From contig JAFUTN010000044.1 of NCBI GenBank assembly GCA_017484225.1, forward strand, positions 4,802-68,801: 64,000 nt of DNA, given 5' to 3'. The notes under the pieces are model-generated. The model had not been told where the DNA came from, ran no database searches, and was given only the letters and a program-made list of their open reading frames with translations. Below are positions 19,798-28,864 of this stretch, piece after piece. Source of the stretch: Alphaproteobacteria bacterium. GTDB taxonomy: Bacteria > Pseudomonadota > Alphaproteobacteria > RF32 > CAG-239. How positions within the stretch are numbered: position 1 is the stretch's first letter; each line of letters begins with the position of its first letter. Position numbers and translations under genes: made by a program.

Positions 19798-21900
19798 ATG
19801 ATTAAAAAAACTTCTTTAGGTGTAACTGCAAATGGTCCGAAAACTATCTTTTCCGTTTATTCCGAGCATGCCGAAAAAATTGAGTTGTGTCTGTTTTCTG
19901 AAGATGAAACAAAAGAAAAAAGAATTTCCTTAACCAAAGGAGAAGATAATATTTGGGTTGCCGAACTTGATAACATTAAAGCCGGCCAAAAATACGGTTA
20001 TCGTGCATACGGAGAATATGCTCCGCACAAAGGACTTTATTTCAACCCTAACAAGCTGTTGATTGATCCATTTGCCAAAGATTTATCCTCAACACTTAAG
20101 GACCATGAAGATCCGGCCATTCGTTTAAACAACAACATAGACAGTGCTTATGCCGTTCCTAAATCAGTTGTGGTATTTGACACCCCGAAAGAAGATGATA
20201 AAAAATATCCTTATCTGCATAAAAAACCGCAAACAAAGTGGAAAGACACTGTAATATATGAGTTGAACGTTAAAGGTTTTACGGCACAGCATCCGGATAT
20301 TCCCGAACAAGACCGTGGAACTTTCAGAGCTCTTTCAAATCCGGTAATTATTCAATATTTAAAGTCGCTCGGAGTTACTTGCCTTGAATTAATGCCGGTA
20401 ACAACCACTTGCGGCGGTTTGCAGCTCAAAAAAGAATTGGGCTTAAGCGATTATTGGGGATATAACCCGATTAATCATTTTGCGCTTGATAAACGTTTCG
20501 GAACCAGAGATGATTTCAAAAAAATGGTAAATGAAATGCACAAAGCCGGTATTGAAGTAACACTTGATGTTGTATACAACCACACCGGAGAATACGGGGC
20601 AGACGGAAATCTGCTTTCATACAAAGGTTTAGATGCCCCTAACTATTATCGCATGAATCCGGACGGGAGTTTTATTGATACCACGGGATGTAAGAACAGC
20701 ATGAACACAAACACCCCTATTATGGGACGTTTACTGGAAGATTCGTTAACATATTTTGCAAAAGATGCCGGTATTGACGGTTTTCGCTTTGATTTAGCCG
20801 GAGACTGCGCACTTGACGGAAATAACCGCTTTGATGAAAACGGACAGTTTATGCAAATTATCCGCAAAATTTCCGCACAATATAATGCTAAAATCAGCGG
20901 CGAGCCTTGGAGCGCTTTAGGCGGTTACTATCGCGGCAACATGAAAGGTATTATGGAATGGAACGACAAACACGAAGCAGCAATTCGCCGATTTTATCGC
21001 GGAGATGAATGGGTTGTCGGAGAGTTGGCCGGTCACATATCCGGCGGTGAAGGTCTTTGGCACGGGCAAAATCACGCAAAATATATTCGCTATATTGCCG
21101 CTCACGACGGTTTCACGGCAAATGATGTTGTAAATTATAATGAGAAAAACAACTGGGCGAATAATGAGAACAATAATGACGGAAACAATAATAATCACTC
21201 ATCTGTATCTCCAAGCAAAGAAATTGCCTACCGTCGCTTAAAATCCATGATGACGGCAAATATTCTCTCACGCGGTGTGCCGATGATATGTGCCGGAGAT
21301 GAATTGGCACGCACGCAAAAAGGCAATAACAATGCCTATTGTCAGGATAGTGATTTAACGTGGCTGAAATGGAAAGGTTTTGATAAAGAACAGCGCGAAC
21401 TATATATTCATATTCGCAAATTAACCGCATTACGAGCCAAACATCCGGTTTTTGCCAACCTTGATGTTTTTTCCGGTGAAGTTGTAGCGGAAAACGGACG
21501 TAAAGATATTGAGTGGATACGTGCCGACGGGCAGGAAATGCAAGAAGGAGATTGGAACAATCAATATAACCATATTTTGGCGTATGTTATAAACGGTAAA
21601 GGCAGTGAAGTCTCCAAAAACCCGCAAACTCCGAAGACTACTGATGATGATTTTATGGTATTAATGTGTGGAAACACTTACGGTGTGGTTGATTTCAAAC
21701 TCCCTACCCCGCCAAACGGGCAAAAATGGGAAGTTGTTTTTGATACAGCGGGAGAAGGCAAAAAGATTAACAAAAACGGGACTTATGCGTTGGAAGCATA
21801 CAGCTATGTTTTGCTTAAATCTCCGAAAAATGATAAGCAGAACGCCCGCCAAACAAAAGCCTTATCAATGGCTAAACAAAAAAATGGAATGGAAATGTAA
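19798..21900 (+). CDS. glgX: Glycogen debranching enzyme GlgX (GH13) with an Asn-rich insertion
   Basis: GH13 catalytic regions GFRFDLA (nucleophile Asp) and ...EPW... Overall GlgX/isoamylase layout. The insertion NEKNNWANNENNNDGNNNNHSS lies at ~aa 448-470. Confidence 0.8.
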   Translation: MIKKTSLGVTANGPKTIFSVYSEHAEKIELCLFSEDETKEKRISLTKGEDNIWVAELDNIKAGQKYGYRAYGEYAPHKGLYFNPNKLLIDPFAKDLSSTLKDHEDPAIRLNNNIDSAYAVPKSVVVFDTPKEDDKKYPYLHKKPQTKWKDTVIYELNVKGFTAQHPDIPEQDRGTFRALSNPVIIQYLKSLGVTCLELMPVTTTCGGLQLKKELGLSDYWGYNPINHFALDKRFGTRDDFKKMVNEMHKAGIEVTLDVVYNHTGEYGADGNLLSYKGLDAPNYYRMNPDGSFIDTTGCKNSMNTNTPIMGRLLEDSLTYFAKDAGIDGFRFDLAGDCALDGNNRFDENGQFMQIIRKISAQYNAKISGEPWSALGGYYRGNMKGIMEWNDKHEAAIRRFYRGDEWVVGELAGHISGGEGLWHGQNHAKYIRYIAAHDGFTANDVVNYNEKNNWANNENNNDGNNNNHSSVSPSKEIAYRRLKSMMTANILSRGVPMICAGDELARTQKGNNNAYCQDSDLTWLKWKGFDKEQRELYIHIRKLTALRAKHPVFANLDVFSGEVVAENGRKDIEWIRADGQEMQEGDWNNQYNHILAYVINGKGSEVSKNPQTPKTTDDDFMVLMCGNTYGVVDFKLPTPPNGQKWEVVFDTAGEGKKINKNGTYALEAYSYVLLKSPKNDKQNARQTKALSMAKQKNGMEM

Positions 21901-21901
21901 T

Positions 21902-22438
21902 TTAAGAGAGTCTGTCTTTATTCCAGATAGCCTCTCTGATTATATCAAATTTGCTTTTATAACCGATATTGGAATTGGCCTTTTGTTGTTGTAATTCAAG
22001 AAGACGAGCCTTTTTGGCCGCTTTAATTTGTTTTTCGTATTGCCGGCGCACCACTTTAGACATTTTATCTGCTCGTTTGTTGTAATACGAAAGCACCGAA
22101 CCATCTTGATAGTGTCCTTTAATCCACATCAAACTGCTTTTTGTTTCAGCCATTTGCTTTCTGATTTTATTGACAAGTTCTTTTTCATTTTTTCGGCACA
22201 ATCCGCAACGCAGCGCATTAATAACATAGATTGAATCCGTAAAAATCGTAACATGTTTTTTATCCATGTATTGAATATCTTCCAAAGCAAACGAGACAGC
22301 ACTAAGCTCTGCCGTATTGTTATCCCTTTGGGCAATCACGACACCTTTTTTATATAATTCCACATCACGAGAATCCGTAACAACAAAAGCTATTCCGGAT
22401 AATCCACCGCGTGTGCTTGCATCAGTATATACTCTCAT
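21902..22438 (-). CDS. rnhA: Ribonuclease H (RNase HI-like) with a C-terminal basic extension
   Basis: VYTDAS...NNTAELSAVSFAL...IFTDSIYVINAL...NKRADKMSK. The DEDD catalytic residues are in RNase H order. Confidence 0.65.
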   Translation of the reverse strand: MRVYTDASTRGGLSGIAFVVTDSRDVELYKKGVVIAQRDNNTAELSAVSFALEDIQYMDKKHVTIFTDSIYVINALRCGLCRKNEKELVNKIRKQMAETKSSLMWIKGHYQDGSVLSYYNKRADKMSKVVRRQYEKQIKAAKKARLLELQQQKANSNIGYKSKFDIIREAIWNKDRLS

Positions 22439-22689
22439 ATCATCCTCTTGCTGTTAGTTTGCACCGGAAAAATTATATATAAATCAAGACTTAGTTGCCA
22501 AAATTACTTAAGTGTCATCAAAAAAATAGAAAAAGTTATATTTCTTGTCTTATACGGCCTTATTCCATAATAACCAATCAAGAGCAATCCAAATTATTGA
22601 CACAAATTTATCATATACAAAATTATTTGTCAAGTTCTATACCATAACTTTTTCTTATATGTTTAATTAAAGAAACATTAAACGAATTT

Positions 22690-22717
22690 GTTGCGTATTT
22701 TTCCTATATGCTATAAT
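22690..22717 (+). repeat. 28-bp perfect direct repeat, copy 1 (gttgcgtatttttcctatatgctataat), promoter-like
   Basis: Identical to 24388-24415. Contains TTGCGT...TATAAT with ~15-16 bp spacing and sits 5 bp upstream of the 22723 ORF. Confidence 0.9.
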
Positions 22718-22722
22718 AAGCA

Positions 22723-24321
22723 GTGCAAATGGCACGTCAACAAACGCCGGAAGCACGTTTCAAAATATCTGGAAATATTGATAAAATCAACCGCGGGACC
22801 GTTGACCGTAACGAGGCCTTTATAAACGAAATGTTCGGAAACAAAAGCGGTTTTGTAGCCAAAGAAGAAGCTATGCAGGCGGCTAAAGAAAAAGCACGTC
22901 CGCTGTTTAATGAACTTGAAAACATGGGGGATTTGGACCCTAATTTCACCGCTCGTAACAATTTGATAAATCAATTAAATACTAAAGAATATTCTGACAT
23001 TCCTTTTGGTTCATTACCAGAAAACATAAGAAAACAGGTTAATCAAATCAGAATAAATAGCGGGCAGAAACCATTAAAGTCTGATATGATGATTCCTGCT
23101 GGCGTGGTGCAAAAATGGAGAGGTAATAGAATGTTTGAAAATTACACTCCAGAAAGGATTGCACAAATAGCAGATGAAGTATATCATTCGCCTAATGTAA
23201 AAGTATCAGAAGGAGATTATCCTCATATTCAAAAGTTATTAAAAGAGCGTGAAGGACATAACAACGACTTTGTCGGCTTTATATCTCAAAATCCTAAAAC
23301 AGGGGATACGGTAGCAAAAACGGTATATCAAGTAAAAAGAAATGCCCAGACTGGGCGCCAACCAGTGTCGTTACAAGATAATCTTGTCGGCAGGAAGCGA
23401 CTCTCTGACCTACAAAGCACTTCTTCAGAAGATAATATACCATCACTTGGGGAGATTGTCAAGGGAAATGACGTTATAGCCGATGCGATAAGTAAGGTTA
23501 AACGCTCATATTCGTCATTAAAGAATTTGCCGGATACCGATGCAAGGGTTATTTTGGAAGCGCGTAAGCTTTTGAGCAAGCAAAGTGCAAACCAGCTTGA
23601 CAGCACCGCAGCATATCAGGCACGGCAAGCATTAAAAGAATTTGACCCTGCATTGAAAAATGTTTTCGGCGATAAGCTGGAGCAGGCAAACAAGCTGTAT
23701 GCCGGTGCGCATCAGTTTGAAAACGCTTATGAGCAAGGAAGCAATATTTTTAACAAAATGACACCGGATGAGTTCGGTACTATGTTTAAAAATATGACAG
23801 CCGATGAAAAAATTGCACTCAAAGGCGGAATGAAAGACGAGTTATGGAACATTATTCATGGCAGAGAAAATGAAACTCTGGGGTGGAAAAGAGTTGTACC
23901 GAAATCGGCACAAGATAAAATCCGTATGGCATTAGGGGAAAAAGAAGGCAATAAGCTGATTGCTTATGCCAATGCCGAAATCAAAAAAATGCGCAACTTT
24001 AATGAATTGTTGAGAGGCTCACAAACATCAGAAAAGCAGAAATTGCGCGATGGAGTGGGTTTTGTGCGCAAAATACTCAAAAATCCGACCGGAATTATCG
24101 GGGAAGTTTTGCCGGCGGCAAATGCCAGAAACAGAGGTATTGCCGAAATCATGACTAATCCGAGCGCAACAACAGCGCGGGAAGCTTTTAATCAGGTAGT
24201 TAATCCGACTTCCAAGTTAGAGGCTTTATATCAGGCGTTGTATAATCCGAGCGCAAGAACAACTGCCGTTAATTCGGCGTTGGCGGCCTATTTGGCAAAT
24301 ATGCCGCTGAAAAACAACTAG
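22723..24321 (+). CDS. Orphan 532-aa cytoplasmic protein (no recognisable domain)
   Basis: Long ORF, K/N/Q-rich, with no signal peptide or TM segment. Bracketed by 28-bp direct repeats. No motif I can assign. Confidence 0.5.
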   Translation: MQMARQQTPEARFKISGNIDKINRGTVDRNEAFINEMFGNKSGFVAKEEAMQAAKEKARPLFNELENMGDLDPNFTARNNLINQLNTKEYSDIPFGSLPENIRKQVNQIRINSGQKPLKSDMMIPAGVVQKWRGNRMFENYTPERIAQIADEVYHSPNVKVSEGDYPHIQKLLKEREGHNNDFVGFISQNPKTGDTVAKTVYQVKRNAQTGRQPVSLQDNLVGRKRLSDLQSTSSEDNIPSLGEIVKGNDVIADAISKVKRSYSSLKNLPDTDARVILEARKLLSKQSANQLDSTAAYQARQALKEFDPALKNVFGDKLEQANKLYAGAHQFENAYEQGSNIFNKMTPDEFGTMFKNMTADEKIALKGGMKDELWNIIHGRENETLGWKRVVPKSAQDKIRMALGEKEGNKLIAYANAEIKKMRNFNELLRGSQTSEKQKLRDGVGFVRKILKNPTGIIGEVLPAANARNRGIAEIMTNPSATTAREAFNQVVNPTSKLEALYQALYNPSARTTAVNSALAAYLANMPLKNN

Positions 24322-24387
24322 ACTTAATTTTATTTCAGGAGAAAAAATATGAAAGATTGCAAAGTAACAAAAAATGAAGAAGAGGCA

Positions 24388-24415
24388 GTTGCGTATTTTT
24401 CCTATATGCTATAAT
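24388..24415 (+). repeat. 28-bp perfect direct repeat, copy 2
   Basis: Identical 28-mer. Lies 25 bp upstream of a strong hairpin terminator, which would give a ~55-nt transcript. Confidence 0.9.
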
Positions 24416-24440
24416 CTTGCTCATCTTGCAACATAAATTA

Positions 24441-24477
24441 AACGGACGGGAGTTTGTCTCTCGTCCGTTTTTTTTGA
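24441..24477. terminator. Bidirectional rho-independent terminator (aaacggacgggag / ctcgtccgttt)
   Basis: 13-bp stem with a T-run on + and an A-run on -. Terminates the 24490..26553 gene (- strand) and any + strand transcript from the repeat promoter. Confidence 0.75.
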
Positions 24478-24489
24478 TGTCCGGATTTA

Positions 24490-26553
24490 TTATTTGAATT
24501 TATACGATACAATATTCCCCGACGGCATACATTCCGGAAATCCGGTAAAGTTGGAGCCGCATACAACATTAGGAATATTTTCGCATTTGTCGGCATATAC
24601 TTTGTTTAAATCGGTATTAACACCGAAAGCTACAAAACTCTTATCCGACATCAAATCCCAACTGTTGAAAATCATATTTTCACACACACTTTCAGACAAA
24701 TTGGTAAGGCGAATAATGAAAGCATCCTGTTTTTCTTCCACGCTGTTAAGTTGCGAAGAAGAAATATTAACGGTGCCTCCCAAAGCATGAACTATTGCAT
24801 TATTTGCCCCTATCATATCTTCGGGAACGACTCCAATCTTTTTGGCTGTTTCACTATTTAGTCCGCTGTAATCATCCTGAGTTGCATACATTGTGCGAAT
24901 ATTTAGTGCCAACATACTCAGTTGGTCGGCGACTTTATTTTCTTTATATTTATCCATTGCATTAAAATATCCGCTGTAAAATCCCATAGTGAACGGATCT
25001 GCCGTAACTTTTCCGCTATCTATCAGTTCTTTTACCTGCTTCATTTCTTTTTCAATGTCTTTCATTGTGGCATCTATGGCATTCATATCTATGTAATTTT
25101 CAATTTCGTTCTCAAAAATCCTTTTGCCGTTAGCTACAAAACCATTTTTTAAATCACCGGAAATAACATTTTCAACCTTGTTATCTTTATATGTAATGAT
25201 TTTTAAAGTAACCGCTTCTTCAGGAGACTCCATGAATGTTGAAAAATCAACACCTTTTTTAATACCGACTACACCGCCGATAATTTTTTCTCCTTTATTG
25301 TTAAGCAGCAAACCGTTAACGGAATCCAAAACATCGGAAATCTCCATTGCATATTCAGGCAACGCTTGCATAAGATGTTCCATTGCCACATCTTCCGTAT
25401 TTTCGGAAAACTCATTCAAAACATTATTCAACAGCTTTTTATAGGTAGCCTTAAATTTGTCATTAAATTTCATACCGAAAGACATTAAAGGCTTTCCGGA
25501 AACAGGATATGCCAGATTCAAAATTGTTCCCTTATCGGTAATTTTGAGTTCGGTCCCCGGTTTATTATCAAACCCGAAAAATGTTGCTTTCCACTGATTG
25601 GAAAAACCATCCATCAGATTAAAATCTCCGGTGCTTTCAAAAATTTTACGACCGTTTACCTGCATAAAGCTGTCGGAGCTGGTAATTTTACTTAATACGA
25701 CCTTTATCAATTTTACGATATCTTTATTTTCCTGTTTGGAAAAACCGAATTCACCGATTGCCGGTATAACCTCATCAAGACCTTTAATTATTTGTGTCTG
25801 TTCGTATTTATTGTTGCTGTCTGCCGATTTGAAAGAAAACTGATTTTTATCGGCATCATACGAAAAACTTATTTTAAATTTTCCTAAATTTTCCAATCCG
25901 TAAAGAGACGCATAAAGATTAACCATCTCCCCGCTTTTATCTTCACACGAAAAAGAAGAGTTTTGCGTAAATTTAGGATAAACAAATCCACCTTCATATT
26001 CACAAGAATATTCTTTCCCTTCTGCCGAGGCTGATGAAAAATCAAAACATTCCGCCAAAGCGGTAAATGTTTCCAAGTTGCCGTTTTCGGCAAAACTCTG
26101 AACTTTGGCAAACAAATTTTCATCTTCACAAATTATTTTACTGCCGACCGAAACAATATCATCTTCTTCTTTTTGCTGAACAGATAACACTCCGTCATTT
26201 ACCGAAAACTCTGTTTTGGAAAGTTCCGGATATTTTTCATGTGTATCAAAAGATACCGAGCCGGACAGCTTGCCGTTTGCATAATTTACCTTGATAACAT
26301 TTTGACCTGCAAAAATATCAGCTTCACCTTCTTTAACCCCGTTTACCATATTATATTGCTGTGAAATTGAACCATTCACATTGTATATGGTGTATTTGCC
26401 GGTTTTCTGAAAAAATTTTCTTTGCACCGTTGTATGGATTTTTCCGTCAGGATAATAAGTTGTTTCCGGTTGATTTCCCATCCACACTGCACCACCGCAC
26501 GCCGCAGCTATTATCGCACCGGCGGAAACAGAAGCAATTACCTTTGTTTTCAT
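24490..26553 (-). CDS. Large secreted/lipoprotein-like hypothetical protein (687 aa)
   Basis: Signal peptide MKTKVIASVSAGAIIAAACGG (lipobox-like AACG). Otherwise no recognisable domains; Asn/Ser/Gly-rich beta-type composition. Confidence 0.5.
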   Translation of the reverse strand: MKTKVIASVSAGAIIAAACGGAVWMGNQPETTYYPDGKIHTTVQRKFFQKTGKYTIYNVNGSISQQYNMVNGVKEGEADIFAGQNVIKVNYANGKLSGSVSFDTHEKYPELSKTEFSVNDGVLSVQQKEEDDIVSVGSKIICEDENLFAKVQSFAENGNLETFTALAECFDFSSASAEGKEYSCEYEGGFVYPKFTQNSSFSCEDKSGEMVNLYASLYGLENLGKFKISFSYDADKNQFSFKSADSNNKYEQTQIIKGLDEVIPAIGEFGFSKQENKDIVKLIKVVLSKITSSDSFMQVNGRKIFESTGDFNLMDGFSNQWKATFFGFDNKPGTELKITDKGTILNLAYPVSGKPLMSFGMKFNDKFKATYKKLLNNVLNEFSENTEDVAMEHLMQALPEYAMEISDVLDSVNGLLLNNKGEKIIGGVVGIKKGVDFSTFMESPEEAVTLKIITYKDNKVENVISGDLKNGFVANGKRIFENEIENYIDMNAIDATMKDIEKEMKQVKELIDSGKVTADPFTMGFYSGYFNAMDKYKENKVADQLSMLALNIRTMYATQDDYSGLNSETAKKIGVVPEDMIGANNAIVHALGGTVNISSSQLNSVEEKQDAFIIRLTNLSESVCENMIFNSWDLMSDKSFVAFGVNTDLNKVYADKCENIPNVVCGSNFTGFPECMPSGNIVSYKFK

Positions 26554-26717
26554 TGATTAACCTCGCTTAATAATTAACACTGCAAACAGTCTATATAAAA
26601 AACAATTTTTTTTCAACTGCTTTTAGCATTGCAAGCAACAAAATTGAGTGTTGACTTAAACAACTTTTTATGTAAAATACAGAAAAATTTTAATAATAGT
26701 GGAGTAAGGGCTTTCGT

Positions 26718-27728
26718 ATGGTATCCGTTTCTGTTATAATGCCGGTCTATAATACCGCAGAAAGTTATTTGCGCGACGCTGTTTCCAGTGTTTTGGCACA
26801 GAGTTTTACCGATTTTGAATTTTTAATTTTGAATGACAGTCCGGATAATCGCAAGCTGAAAAACATTGTTTTAAGCTATAATGACAAACGCATAAAATAT
26901 TTTGAAAACCCATATAATATGGGAATCCCGCAGAGTTACAACAAATTATTGGAATTGGCTTCCGGAAAATATGTTGCCGTTATGAATCATGACGATATTA
27001 TGCTGAACTCTCGGCTATCTACTCAATATACGTATTTAGAAAAACATCCGGAAATTGTTCTTTTGGGTTCTTGGTATAAAAAATTCGGAGAAATCAACCG
27101 TTTCAAGATAGTAAAGAATCCGCGTTCTCACGAGGAAATATGCGCATGCCTTTTGTTTAAGTCTTCCCTCCATCACCCGACAATTATGATGCGCCGTGAC
27201 ATTATTGAGCTGCACAAAATAAGATATAATGAAAACTATATCTCCTTAAATGACAGAATTTTGTGTTATGACTTCAGTAAATACGGCAGATTGGAAAACT
27301 TGCCGCAAGTTCTTTACAAATACCGTTTTCATAAAAATATGACCAGTAAAGCGCAAAAAGACATTATTCGCAAAGAGCGTGCCATGTTCCACAAACTTTG
27401 GTTTGCCGGCAACAATATTGACCTTGATGCGGATGAAATTGATGTTTTTGACAATTATACCACTTGCGGACGCAATAAAATTACGGATAAAACGGTTTTG
27501 CTGACTGCACTCCGAACTTTAGAAAAACTTTCCGAAATTAACAAAAGTAAAAACATACTGTCTCTATCAGAATTTGATAAGGTATGCTCTAAATACTACT
27601 TTAAGCGTTGTTTGGGAGCTTTAATTTACGGAAAAATCAACTTAAAAAGCAACTTAAGTTCCCCTCTTCTTAAGAAAAAAGAAAAATTCCTCTTAAGATT
27701 TCTTAATATCTTTTGCGGTTGGAAATAA
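26718..27728 (+). CDS. Family 2 glycosyltransferase
   Basis: VSVIMPVYNTAESYL...LNDSPDN...MNHDD GT-A signatures, with a weak tail-like C-terminus KFLLRFLNIFCGWK. Confidence 0.7.
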   Translation: MVSVSVIMPVYNTAESYLRDAVSSVLAQSFTDFEFLILNDSPDNRKLKNIVLSYNDKRIKYFENPYNMGIPQSYNKLLELASGKYVAVMNHDDIMLNSRLSTQYTYLEKHPEIVLLGSWYKKFGEINRFKIVKNPRSHEEICACLLFKSSLHHPTIMMRRDIIELHKIRYNENYISLNDRILCYDFSKYGRLENLPQVLYKYRFHKNMTSKAQKDIIRKERAMFHKLWFAGNNIDLDADEIDVFDNYTTCGRNKITDKTVLLTALRTLEKLSEINKSKNILSLSEFDKVCSKYYFKRCLGALIYGKINLKSNLSSPLLKKKEKFLLRFLNIFCGWK

Positions 27729-27733
27729 AATTT

Positions 27734-28864
27734 TTATTCCGGTGTTCGCCACATTGTTTCACGCGATATTTTCATTATCTTTTTCAATATCGGCAATCCG
27801 AAAATGTAATATTTTTTCAATTCCGGATATATCTTGATTTTTAGCACCGGAATTCCGACAAAAGAAACAACTGTTTTTTGTTCGTCACAACTCATGCGAA
27901 AAAGCGGCATTCCCAAAAAATAAATTTTTGTTTTTTTAATTCCTTTTTTAATTTTCAGAAACGAAATAAATCCAAACAATTTATATTTAATGTTCGCCGT
28001 TGTTCGTGCATCATAAAAAGGATTGCGGTGCGCATATAAACAAGTAAAAAATTCTTTCACCCACATTGGATTTTCTAATTTAATCCCGAGTTCAATCGCC
28101 TCATTCAGAGGTAAAGAACAAAAATCACAACCATACAAATGCTCACAATCTGTTTTTGTTAAGCCATGATATTTTCCGTAATTTTCAAACAGTGCCTTTT
28201 TCACATCAGAAGCAACTGCATCTGCATTACTTGATGCTCCGCCGGTGCGAAAAGAAACTATTTCCGGTTCTATACTGCAAACCTTTTTACCTGCCTGTAG
28301 CATTTTCAACATAAATGCCGTATCGGCCGAAATTTTGTATTCCAAATCATAAAATCCGAGTTCTTTCATAACATCTGTTTTAATGATGTAAGTTTGATGA
28401 TTTGCCATTGACCCGAATATCAAATTGTAGTGTTCCTCGCTCGGAAAATGTGCTAAAAAAGTGCCGTCTTTTTCATCAATAATGCGAGCTGAAGCACAAC
28501 AAGCATCTGCATTTTCCCGTTCTGCTTTTTCCACCAGCAATTCAACCGCTCTGTCATTGCAATAATAATCATCGGAATTAAGACAAACCACATATTTCCC
28601 TTTTGCCTTTTTAATTCCCTTGTTCATGGCATCATAAATACCCTTATCCGGTTCGGAATAATATTTTATCAAGCCTTGTTTTTGATATTCTTCCAACATT
28701 TCAACCGTGCCATCGGTTGAAGCGCCGTCTATTACAATATGCTCAATATTTTTGTATGTTTGTTTTTGCACGCTTTCCACATTTTGCGCAAACATTTCTT
28801 TGCGTTTTGCTTTAAGCAAATTGTATGTTGCCGTAATGATGGTTATCTTAGGCTGTTTTTTCAT
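27734..28864 (-). CDS. Family 2 glycosyltransferase with a C-terminal tail repeat (3 copies)
   Basis: ITIITATYNLLK...IDGASTDG...LNSDD. The C-terminus is KIYFLGMPLFRMS...VSFVGIPVLKIKIY...KYYIFGLPILKKIMK. Confidence 0.75.
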   Translation of the reverse strand: MKKQPKITIITATYNLLKAKRKEMFAQNVESVQKQTYKNIEHIVIDGASTDGTVEMLEEYQKQGLIKYYSEPDKGIYDAMNKGIKKAKGKYVVCLNSDDYYCNDRAVELLVEKAERENADACCASARIIDEKDGTFLAHFPSEEHYNLIFGSMANHQTYIIKTDVMKELGFYDLEYKISADTAFMLKMLQAGKKVCSIEPEIVSFRTGGASSNADAVASDVKKALFENYGKYHGLTKTDCEHLYGCDFCSLPLNEAIELGIKLENPMWVKEFFTCLYAHRNPFYDARTTANIKYKLFGFISFLKIKKGIKKTKIYFLGMPLFRMSCDEQKTVVSFVGIPVLKIKIYPELKKYYIFGLPILKKIMKISRETMWRTPE

